From: Phycisphaeraceae bacterium
GTDB taxonomy: Bacteria; Planctomycetota; Phycisphaerae; Phycisphaerales; Phycisphaeraceae
Direction: 5' to 3'
NCBI GenBank assembly: GCA_963674705.1
Contig: OY771506.1
Span: forward strand, 1,824,001-1,888,000
Length of the DNA stretch: 64,000 bases
In this document: positions 27,816-38,200 of the stretch, piece by piece
Layout of the letters: each line of letters begins with the position of its first letter
Position numbering within the stretch: position 1 is the first letter of the stretch
Position numbers and translations under genes: made by a program
The notes under the pieces: model-generated
What the model saw: only the letters and a program-made list of their open reading frames with translations
The model's database searches: none
What the model was told of the DNA's origin: nothing

Positions 27816-28640
27816 TTACTGCGAACCCAGCCACTTTTCGATCAATCGATCGAGTGTGCCGTCGGCACGCATGTCAGTCAGTGCCTGGTTGACTTGGGCG
27901 AGCAGTTCGTCGTTGTCCGGGTGGACGGCCCAGGCGATGGATTCTTGATTTAACAAGTCCGGCGGGCTTGTGAACATTTGTTCGGGGTCTTGCCTGATGA
28001 TCCACGCGACGGCGGGTGCATCGTAAATGACCGCGGAGACTTTGTTTTGTCGTAAGGCTTCGACCGCGTTCGCGAGCGTCGGGTAGTCAACGACCTCTGC
28101 TTGTTTGAAAGCGTCATGTGCGAAGATCGAGCCGGTTGAGCTGTTTTCCGCGCCGATGCGGTTGCCTGCCCGGTCCAAGGTGTCCGCATTGAGGTTGCTG
28201 TCCGTGCGGAAAAGCAGGCGCTGGCCGGCGTTCAGATAAGGCTCGGAGAATGCCATGGTTTCCTGGCGTGTGGCGGTGACGGTCATCCCGGCCATGATGA
28301 TGTCGATACGCTTGCGCCTCAGTTCAAGCGGCAGGTTATCAAAGTAGATGGAAACGATGCGCGGCTGACGTTTGAGTCGTTTTGCCAGTTCATCAGCCAG
28401 ATCGATCTCAAGGCCGACAACTTCACTGTCACTTTTAAATACCAGTGGTGGAGCGGATGCGGCCGTGCCTATACGCAACACCGGTAGCGCATTGTTACCA
28501 GCATCCGGCTTCATTTGAGCATCGCGTGAACCTGTCTGGCAGCCTGATGTGAATAGTAATAAGACGACTGCACAGAACGCTGCTAGAAACAGCTTCACGG
28601 TATGCCTGCACATCATCGACGGTGAATTGTTGTCTGCCAT
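27816..28640 (-). CDS. Amino-acid ABC transporter substrate-binding lipoprotein (family 3), orphan
   Basis: Lipobox TSGC; LRIGT..PP, GLEIDL, MTVTATR, FSEPY, DGTLDRLIEKW. Confidence 0.85.
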   Translation of the reverse strand: MADNNSPSMMCRHTVKLFLAAFCAVVLLLFTSGCQTGSRDAQMKPDAGNNALPVLRIGTAASAPPLVFKSDSEVVGLEIDLADELAKRLKRQPRIVSIYFDNLPLELRRKRIDIIMAGMTVTATRQETMAFSEPYLNAGQRLLFRTDSNLNADTLDRAGNRIGAENSSTGSIFAHDAFKQAEVVDYPTLANAVEALRQNKVSAVIYDAPAVAWIIRQDPEQMFTSPPDLLNQESIAWAVHPDNDELLAQVNQALTDMRADGTLDRLIEKWLGSQ

Positions 28641-29321
28641 CCGACTTCTCCTGCAAGATGCTATGCGAGGTGATGGATCAATCTATGTTCCCGATCGGGG
28701 CGGATCGTTCTCTGAAAGTCAAGCCTTTGATTTGTGTCATACGAAAGGCTGGTAATGCTATTAAGGCACAATCTGGTCAAATATGTTAATCGTCTTCAGG
28801 TCTCAATGCCTCGTGAAACAGCTATCTGATAGGACGTTTTGTTCTCAACGTATCGTTGCCATAGTGCCGAAATCAGGTTTTTAATATCTTATTGATGGTG
28901 AGTTGTGGGATCAAATAGTAGCTCGAGCGGTACAAATTCTCTAGTCAATTCCTTCGATCCCTATAACAGCTGTGAAACTTCAATACAGGCTATCGATCGA
29001 CACGTGTAATGGTCATAAGCACCGCAGTGTCAACCGATCATGCGACAGGCGTGTGATTGCCGAGAGTTGAATCTATCCGGGTGTTGAGCTTCAAGCGCAC
29101 GACATCGGTGAATCCAGCGATGTGGCTGTCAATCGATTGCCATCTTATTGGCATCACAAGCAGGGCCTGCTGTCAGTGTGAAAAATGAACCATAACTCCT
29201 CATTCGCCTGGAAATACGCCTTTTCGGGCATTGATTCACACCCGGGCGGGTCAACTTGCATTGATTATCTGCCAATCAAGATTAGAATGGAGCATCACAT
29301 CGAACCTCAGGCGGCCAAACA

Positions 29322-30488
29322 ATGGATGGTATACGAACCATTCCGAGCGAGCGATTCAAACCGGGTGGATGGTTATTGGTGACGGCCAGTTTCATCGGGT
29401 TGTTGGTTGCTGTGTGTCAGGGCCAGGTCGTAGAGATACGTTATGGCGTAATCGATCCGCCGGTCGTCGCCCAGCAGGACATTACGATGAACCTGCTTAC
29501 GTCGATCCACCCGCAGGACCCGGAGCCCAAACCGTTGGAGTGTTCCAGCGTCGCGTGGGCGGGCGATCGGATGGTGATGGCCAGTGACCGACACAGCCAT
29601 GTCATCCTGACTTTAACCACGGATCTAACCGGCGGCCAGATAGTCATTGGATCACCCGAAGCACAGGTGGTGGTTGACAACGAAAAGCTTTTGCTGATGG
29701 ATGCCGAAGCCATGGCGGTCAGGCCGGCTGCCGGTGGTGGGCACGAAGTGTTGGTGGTCTGTTCGTTGAGCAATGATGTTGATGGAACCCACCGGATCAA
29801 GCGAGAGCACTTGGCGCGTATTTACATGGACGAAACCGGTCGGGTCGATAAACGCAGGGTCAGCGTGATTTCAGGCGACGCGATCCGGACTTCGCTGGAT
29901 GCGCACTTCGATGCGTTGCATGTGTCTCGCTACAGTTCATACAACGTATCACGAAACGAGAACACAGCACGCTGGGGTAACGTGGAGGGTATTTGCTGGA
30001 CACCGGATCGGCGCGCGCTCTTGTGTGGTTTGCGCAATCCTCAAGCCGATGAAGACGCATTGCTGTTTGTGCTTGAAGGTGTTGAAAAAGCGTTTGATGC
30101 CAATGATTCGCAGTTATTGCAGGTTACAGACCTTTTCCGGCTAGACCTGGGCGGGCGGGGCGTGACGGACCTGACTTGGGACCCGGTGACCAGCGGGTAC
30201 CTGATTACCGCAGCGTTGAGTAACGGCCCCAAACTTGGCGACGAGCAGGCGTACCCCTTGGTAAATCTCGACTCAGCCCTGTACTGGTGGAGTGGTAACA
30301 AGCAGGACTCCCCAAAACTGGTTGCGCGGGTCCGGGACCTGAATGTCGACAGTGTGTGCCGTATCGATTCCACCGACTTTATCGCGCTGGTTTCAGATGA
30401 AGGCGACGTTAGTGAGGAACGTCGTGGCAGGCAAAGCGTGCTGACGCTGATGTACTTCCGGGGTCTGACGCCGGAGGCTGAACCTTGA
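29322..30488 (+). CDS. Exported DUF3616-like (propeller-type) protein
   Basis: Signal peptide; DAEA, NVEG, GLRNP, LDLGGRGVTDL, LYWWSG, LVSDEG. Confidence 0.55.
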   Translation: MDGIRTIPSERFKPGGWLLVTASFIGLLVAVCQGQVVEIRYGVIDPPVVAQQDITMNLLTSIHPQDPEPKPLECSSVAWAGDRMVMASDRHSHVILTLTTDLTGGQIVIGSPEAQVVVDNEKLLLMDAEAMAVRPAAGGGHEVLVVCSLSNDVDGTHRIKREHLARIYMDETGRVDKRRVSVISGDAIRTSLDAHFDALHVSRYSSYNVSRNENTARWGNVEGICWTPDRRALLCGLRNPQADEDALLFVLEGVEKAFDANDSQLLQVTDLFRLDLGGRGVTDLTWDPVTSGYLITAALSNGPKLGDEQAYPLVNLDSALYWWSGNKQDSPKLVARVRDLNVDSVCRIDSTDFIALVSDEGDVSEERRGRQSVLTLMYFRGLTPEAEP

Positions 30489-32032
30489 TCGATCCTGATT
30501 CTCATGAAATCGGATTAGCCGACTCTAAGGAGTTCAGTGAGTCCTTGTTGGACCTTGATCCAGAGGAGACGGCTCTCTGTGGGCCGGACGATCAGACGCG
30601 CGTGATCGGTGTGGACGAGGGTGTGCATAAATGGATCGGCAAGAAACTGGGACACTTCAAACTCATGCGGCCGTTAGGCGAAGGCGGAATGGGCATGGTC
30701 GTGCAGGCGATGGACACCAACCTCGACCGGATTGTTGCGTTGAAGGTTCTTCGCAAGCGCATCAAGGGCATGGATGACGATCGTAGTGTCCGGCAGTTTC
30801 TGCGCGAGGCTCGTGCAGCGGCTAAACTCGACCACCCCAATGCCGCGCATATCTATGAGATCAACGAGCACATGGGCTGGTGGTACATCGCCAGCGAGAT
30901 GATCGAAGGCGGGACGCTCGAACAGGTTGTCAAATCAGCGGGCAAACTGCCACCGGCCGCGGCCTGCCCGTTGATTGCCGACGCGGCATCACTTCTGACA
31001 GTTGCACACCGGCTTAACATTATCCACCGCGACATCAAGCCTCATAACCTGATGCTCACGCGCGACGGCCGATGCAAGGTGGTCGACTTCGGGCTGGTCC
31101 GTTGGGAAGACCCCAACGACCCGTTCGACTTCACACGCCGGGCGGTGGGCACGCCGCATTACCTGCCGCCAGAAGCCGAGCCCGGATGCGAGCCCACCGG
31201 CGCCTACGACATCTATTCACTCGGGGCGACCCTTTACTACGCGCTGACCGGCCAGCCGCCGTTCAAAGGCACGAAACTCAAGGAAATCATCGACCAACAC
31301 CGTCATGCGCCCCGGCCCGATCCACGCGATCACAACCCGGAGTGTTCTGAACGATTGGCCCTGCTGGTGCAAAGGACGTTGGCCATCGATCCGGATAAAC
31401 GCCCGACCGCGGCCGACCTTGCCGCGGCGCTACGTTTGGAAAACATAGGACTGGCGGTTGATCCTGCCTCGCTGGTGATCAATCCACACGCCGCTGCCAG
31501 AGCAGCTGCGGAAAATCGCTCCGGCCTCACAGGACTCAGCGGAGCGCTGACCAGCTCATCCACTCAACGCACACACATGCTCTCGAGCAGCGGCCAGACG
31601 CTTGTGCTCACCCCAGCCAAAACGCTGATATGGGTCTGGATCGTCCGCATCGCCGCCGTGTTGTTGATCCTGTCTGTGGTGGCGGCTGTAGGTAAGTGGG
31701 CCGTGGATAGCTACCGGCAATCCAAGACAAACATCCAGGCCCTTCCTGTCGAGGCTTTTTCTGAACGCTTCCCCGATGCACCGGAATCTTACGGGACGAG
31801 GCCGTCCGGACAGATCGCTACAGCGCCGACGCAACTCAAGCCGCCGGCCTTCAGTTGGGTCGGCCGTGTTGATCCCGGCGACAACCGCTTTGTGTCCAGC
31901 CAACTCGGGCAAACAGCCTATCCGTTGGATCATCCATTAGCCAGCCTGATCCCCGCAGAGCAAGTCGAATTCTACGCTGATGCTTCGGCCCTGCGGGCTG
32001 CAGGCAAGCAACTGATAACACCGACCGAATGA
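30485..32032 (+). CDS. Hanks-type Ser/Thr protein kinase with TM helix and extracellular C-terminus
   Basis: LGEGGMG, VALKVL, HRDIKPHN, DFG, GTPHY, DIYSLG; TM near residue 385. Confidence 0.92.
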   Translation: MIDPDSHEIGLADSKEFSESLLDLDPEETALCGPDDQTRVIGVDEGVHKWIGKKLGHFKLMRPLGEGGMGMVVQAMDTNLDRIVALKVLRKRIKGMDDDRSVRQFLREARAAAKLDHPNAAHIYEINEHMGWWYIASEMIEGGTLEQVVKSAGKLPPAAACPLIADAASLLTVAHRLNIIHRDIKPHNLMLTRDGRCKVVDFGLVRWEDPNDPFDFTRRAVGTPHYLPPEAEPGCEPTGAYDIYSLGATLYYALTGQPPFKGTKLKEIIDQHRHAPRPDPRDHNPECSERLALLVQRTLAIDPDKRPTAADLAAALRLENIGLAVDPASLVINPHAAARAAAENRSGLTGLSGALTSSSTQRTHMLSSSGQTLVLTPAKTLIWVWIVRIAAVLLILSVVAAVGKWAVDSYRQSKTNIQALPVEAFSERFPDAPESYGTRPSGQIATAPTQLKPPAFSWVGRVDPGDNRFVSSQLGQTAYPLDHPLASLIPAEQVEFYADASALRAAGKQLITPTE

Positions 32033-32269
32033 ACGACCGAACTACACCTCTGGGTCACCATTGCACTCACCCCAAATTCACATCGTCGCAACAATCCGCC
32101 AGTGTGCCCTTTTTGACCACAGAAGTATGCCCATCCAGTTTTGTCCAGCATGTCATGTCGAAATTAACACGCCAGTAATTTTACAGTAAATGCTGGAGTA
32201 GGGGCTCGTTGGTAGCTACAATCGTGGCCATATCTATGAACTTTATTGTCAAATAATCGGGGTCAAACC

Positions 32270-35200
32270 ATGTGGGGAAACAAGGCAGGGGGACCAGTGC
32301 TGGGTGTGGCTGGTGATAAACGTCAACATCTGGTTAAAAGCCATTTGTCAGCATCACGTAACTTGCAGGGGTTAGAGCCCCTTGAGCCTCGCGTGTTGCT
32401 CAGCGGCTCTGGTGTTAGCGACGTTTTGATCGATCCCATTTCTGCTTCCGGTAAAGAGGTGCTCGCAAGTGTTGTGGGCAATAATGTCGTCCTGGAGCAG
32501 ACACAGTACAACAACTTCTTCAAGCCGAACATCATCACGTTTGACTTCCCGATCGAACCGAGTGCGGTCAACGGCCGGATCGATATCACGGCTCTGTCTG
32601 ACCTGGACGCGACGGGTGAGGTAGTCGCATTCGATATCGAAGGCATCGTCAGCGGCGAGCTTTGGACCGGAACCGACGACGGTGTACGCCCGTTCACCGC
32701 GACGATCAATCTCACCGATGCTGATCTCGCAGCGATCGCCGCCGATGGTAACCTGCACATCGAATTCACCCCCAACAGCAACGTCGATGATTTTTACGAT
32801 GTGGACGAGTATGTAACGGTCAGTCTCAGCTATGAAGGTACACCGGCGCCTATCACCCTCACACCGGTGACACCCCGCTTGATGGGCGCATACCAAGGCT
32901 CGGTCAACGGCACATTCGAGAACTCTAGCGAAGTAAATGCTTACTCGGTAACACTGGAAGCCGGCCAGTCTCTCCGTCTCGAAGCCGTCCCCCATTTTGA
33001 TCAATCGTTAGTTTTACAGGTGTTGGACCCTACGGGTGCGGTGATCTATAGCGGTGGATCGGCATTCGCTGGCGGCCCGATCCTGCCCCAGTCCGTTGCC
33101 GTAAACAGCGATGGCAACTACACGATTATTGTCATGCCTGACGCCGGCAGCGCGGGGCCTTATGCCCTCAATGTTTTCGTGAACGAGTGGATCGAGTATG
33201 AATCTATCGGCGGTGCCCAAGGTGATTCACTGGATACCGCACAGGACGTAAATGATTACTTCCGCGATCTGGGGCACGGGATTGAACAGGCCGTCATCCG
33301 TGGGTCGATCCCGACCTATTCCGTTAAAGGCAACGCATCGGATTCATACACTTACACTGAGTCTTTCGAAAACGGAGTATTACCCGATTCATGGGAAGTC
33401 ACTGCCGGTGCCGGCACGATCGTATCCAGCGCCTACGGGGCGGCAGATGGTTCTTACGCGCTGCTGATGCACAGTCCGACTGTCAGTGATCGCTTAAATG
33501 AAGTAGTCTGGACAATCGATCTGGACCCAGGCCGCAAAACCACGCTTACGTTTGACTATGCCGAGTGGGCCGATAGCTTCGACCCGCTTCCGTACAGCTA
33601 TACCGGCAGTGCCAACGGGGACGGTGTATCGATCAGCCCGGATGGGATCACCTGGTACAGGGTTTTTGATGCCTGGAATACACCTTTGGGATCCTGGAAC
33701 AGCACCTACTCGATCTCGCTGAACAGTATTGCTCGATACAATGGTTTCAGCCTGGGGGCGGACACCAGGATCAAGTTCCAGCAATACGGCGGATTCGCTC
33801 TGCCTAACGACGGCAGGGGGTACGACAAGATCAGGATTGATGTGCGTTCTGATTTTGAGTTTTACAACTCAACCTCTGACTATTACAGCTTCACGTTAGA
33901 CGCCGGGGACCGGATAAGTCTGAACCTGGAGAACCTTGGCTCGGCCGGGGCGTCCTTCATGCTTTTTAATCCGAACGGTGAATCGGTAACGGATTCTATT
34001 ATCTACCGACAGGACGGCTATACCTGGCTTACCGACTTCCAAGCCCAGATAGCGGGAACCTACACCGTCTCTGTCATACACAGCTACAATTACCTGCTAT
34101 CCATCACCAAAAATGGCTCCGTCGAAGTACAGACCAATAACGCGTTGACAGGCGCGCAGCAGATGGGCCAAACTGACCGGGCGCTGGGCGCTTTGGACGA
34201 TGCCAACCCCTCGGATTTTTACATCATCCCGGTTCAAGCCGGTGATATCCTCACAATAGAAACAACAACACCTGGCGGCGGCATATCCGGCCTGAACAAC
34301 CTTGACCCCGGCTTGAGTCTGTACCTGCCCGATGAAACTCTCCTCATGGTCGATAGCAACGGCGCCGCCGACGGGCGCAACGCTCTGATCACACACACGG
34401 CTACAGAAACCGGTGAGTACTACATCCAGATCAGTCGTTCAACAGGCGAGGGCCAATACACCCTCTCCGTAGACGGCGCGACGGGCGTTGTAGACGAACC
34501 TTTAAAGATCCTGGCTGATACCGTTTCCATCGCTGATGATTCTGTCTTCACAACAAAGCCTTACCTGTTAACTTTCAAAGTAGACGGCCTGATCGCCGCT
34601 CAAAGTGTTGACCTGAGTGATTTATTGATCAACGGGGCGCCTACGGCAGAATCCGTAGTGATCAGAAACGACGGGCTTTGGTTCAGGATTCCTGAAACCG
34701 CTCTGCTACAGGGACAGAATACGCTCACCTTGGCGGCCGGTCAGATCAGCGACCTGCAAGGCAATGCCAACGAAGAACTGGGCATTAATTTTTACCTTGA
34801 TGACATCTTCCCCCGAATCATCGAATCTTCCATCCTGGCCGGCGACATACTGCCCGCGGGCGAAACGACAATCACCGTCAAGTTCAGCGAACCCGTATTG
34901 ATGCCGGAACTGCTCGCCGGCAGATTCGTCAACTACTACAGCAGTATTGGTATTGAGAGTACCATCGCATACAACCAAGACACATACGAATTCACAGCAA
35001 CCTTTTATAACCTCATCGAAGGGCAGTACTACTTCCGCATCAATGATAGTGTCGTCGGTTACATCACAGACCAGGTCGGCCTGCAACTGGATGGCGAACC
35101 AGCAACCGGCACGACGGTCCCCAGCGGCAATGGTCTTGAGGGTGGCGCTTTCAGCATCCCCTTCTATATTGAGGATGGTTCATCTGAGCCACTGATCCCG

Positions 35201-38200
35201 ACCGTCGACAATATCGAACACCTGGCGGACTTCGTCTATGAAGCCACATTCAGCGACTTGCCCGTATTTGTCGGCGACGAGAATAGATTCACCTTCAACC
35301 TGGTAAGCGGACAGAACCTGACGGTTACGATAGATGACAGGCCGGGGCTTTCTCGTGTGGACCTCGAAGTCTATGCCCCTGACGGTACGATGATCGCGTC
35401 CACGGTGGGCGGCGCTGCCGAGATCTACGACCTCGATATCACCGCATCGGGCACCTACACACTACTTACACGGTGTACCAGGCTGGGCCCCACCCCGACC
35501 TATTACCAATATTACAACGGCCGTATACGCGTCAACGCGGTCCACGAAGACGAATTACCTGACGACTGGACGAACGACGATATCGCCACCGCCGAGGATA
35601 TCAACCCATACTTCTTCACGCTCGACGATGGTGTCGATCAGGCTGTCGTCTTGGGTCAACTGCCCTACGATCCGTACAACGAATCATTTGAAACCGGTCA
35701 CTTCGGACCGAACTGGCAGAGCGTTGTCGTAGGTAACAGTGCGAATAGCCGTCTATTTCCTACCGATGATTTTGGTGGAGCAGACGGCGATTACGCGTTG
35801 GCAATGAGCACTACATCCTTCAATAATGGCTACCTCTTAAATGAAGCGATATGGACGGTTGATTTAACCGGCTTCAACGAGGCAGGCTTGAGCTTCTCAC
35901 ATAAAATGTGGCAAGACGATAGCGATGTCTTGCCGGAAGTTTTTGAAGGCCACTACAATGGAGACGGTGTAGCGATCAGCGCAGATGGGATTGTCTGGTA
36001 TACCCTGCTCAATGCACCCGATGAATTATCGAGCAACTGGTACGACTATGAGTTTGATCTGCTGGCCGCCTCCGCGGCGGCGGGTATCACCCCGGGGCAA
36101 GACTTTAAGATTAAGTTCCAACAATACGGCTATGCACCGATCTCGACTGGCGGACAGCTCTACGACGATATCCGCATCGTCACCTCGCCTTCCCCTGTCA
36201 AAGCGCATGACGTTTATCGTGTTGACCTTGCGGCCGGGCAGGAATTGAGCTCCGCGGTTTACGGTGGTAACGAGCCAATCGGGGTGGAAGTGCTTGATTC
36301 GCTCGGCAATCCGCTGGCTGCGGGTGAGGCCGACTGGTGGGACGAAGCCAAAGGCTCAATACGTGGTTTCATAGCTCCCACCGAAGGTTCATACTATCTG
36401 CGTATCACCGGCTATTGGGACCCATACACCCTCACTATTACCCGGGGTGCAACCTATGTACCCGAGCCCGCCCTCGCTAGCGACAGCATTTCCCTTGGAC
36501 CGAGCGGCAAGATGGTCAGTGCATTTTACGAGGCCGATGCAACGCAGACCGACAACTATCACTTCAATGTCAACGCGGGAGACGAGCTTTCAATCTGGAC
36601 CACAACGCCGGACTTCCTGCCGCTTTCTCCGGTAAATACGCTGAATACTTATTTACAACTCTACGGCCCGGATAACCAGTTGATCGTTGAATCCGGCAGC
36701 GGTGGAGCCGGACTCAATGCCGCGATCAATCACACCGCAACTCAGAGCGGGACCTACACCGTTAAGCTCAATGGCGTCAACACACTGCCCGATGAACCCG
36801 CCGGCCTGCAGGGCGGATACATCCTGCATGTCGTTGGCAACACCGGGTCGCCATCACCACTGCTGGCCGACACAACCGACTTTGAAGATGGGCAGCAATA
36901 TACAGATTTACCCACAGGCGTTACGGTTCAATTCTCCGAGCCGATCCGCTTGGATTCTCTGAGCCCGTCTGATCTAATTATCAACGGAGTGCCCGCTGAA
37001 TCCGTTGAAATAATCGACGGCAACACGGTCATTTTCAATTCCGAAACCGGCTTTGTACAAGGTGTAAACAGCCTCATTCTCGAAGACGGTTCCATCCTGG
37101 GATTGGACGGCAGGTCGGTCCTGGGTTTCAGCCGACAGTTCACGCTCGACTCGATCGCGCCGCGCATCATCAGTTCCACGATTACGGATGGCGACATGCT
37201 GGAGCCGGGACGTATCCTGATGTCCTTTACGTTTGATGACGCCTTGGATCTGTCCAATCTGAGTGTTTCCGGTGTCCAGATTTCAAGTAATCAATACTAC
37301 TATCCAAGGCCGACTATCGACTACTTCGAATACGATCCCGACACATCCATTTTGAGTATCGGATTTGATACCGAATACGAAGGCGAATTCATCCTTACTT
37401 TATATGACCACGGATTTACTGACCTGGCTGGCAACCAGCTCGATGGAGAAAATCCCGGCGCCGCCATCCCGCCCGGTGTTTCAGGCGACGGGACGGCGGG
37501 CGGTGACTTTGTTGTCGCTTTTGAGATCGACCGTGATACCTATGCAGGCATCAATGAGCCGGCGCCACTGGCGCCCAGCGGTTCACTTGCCTACGTAAGT
37601 CAGAACCATGGCGCGCTCAATGCCGGCGACGATGTTGATTTCTTTGAAGTGTTTGTTCAGGCGGGACAGACTGTAACCGCCAGACTCAGTGCGCTGTACA
37701 ACGACTCTTACCTGATGTACCTCACGGGCCCCGACGGGCAAACTGTGCAGGGTGAAGCGGGCGATCCCATCTTCTTTACCTATACAAACGATGGGCCGGA
37801 TACCACCGTTTCATTCGATGTTTATGGCGACGCCACTTATGAAGCATACAACTTCGATGTCTACATCAATACAGTGTCCGAATCCTCTCTGCCTTATCTG
37901 CCCGGAGGTTCTGATGCCGTGTATGACCTGTCCGGACTCTGGCAGAGTCAAACAGGTTTGTACGGCACCACGACCATCATCGGTACGAGTCAACCCGACT
38001 TCCGCTCTACCGTTACTGGTATTCAAGCTTCTATTACGCGGTACATCAGTTTGAGCTCGGCCGTCGCGCCGATTGGTGATGGCACCCTGACCATTACCGC
38101 AATGGGGGACCTCGAAGCTAGTGACAAATACCTGACGATCAACTTCGAAGATCAATTCACCGAGCAGGTCTTTGTTCTTGACGGGCTTGAAGGCATTCCG

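Noticed and set aside
29261..29279. TTGATT-N7-AATCAA as an FNR/CRP box
   Set aside because: The spacing does not match TTGAT-N4-ATCAA; a single palindrome with no assignable regulator.
28641..29321. Long intergenic region as an ncRNA or hidden gene
   Set aside because: I could not find a convincing ORF, stable fold or known motif by eye.
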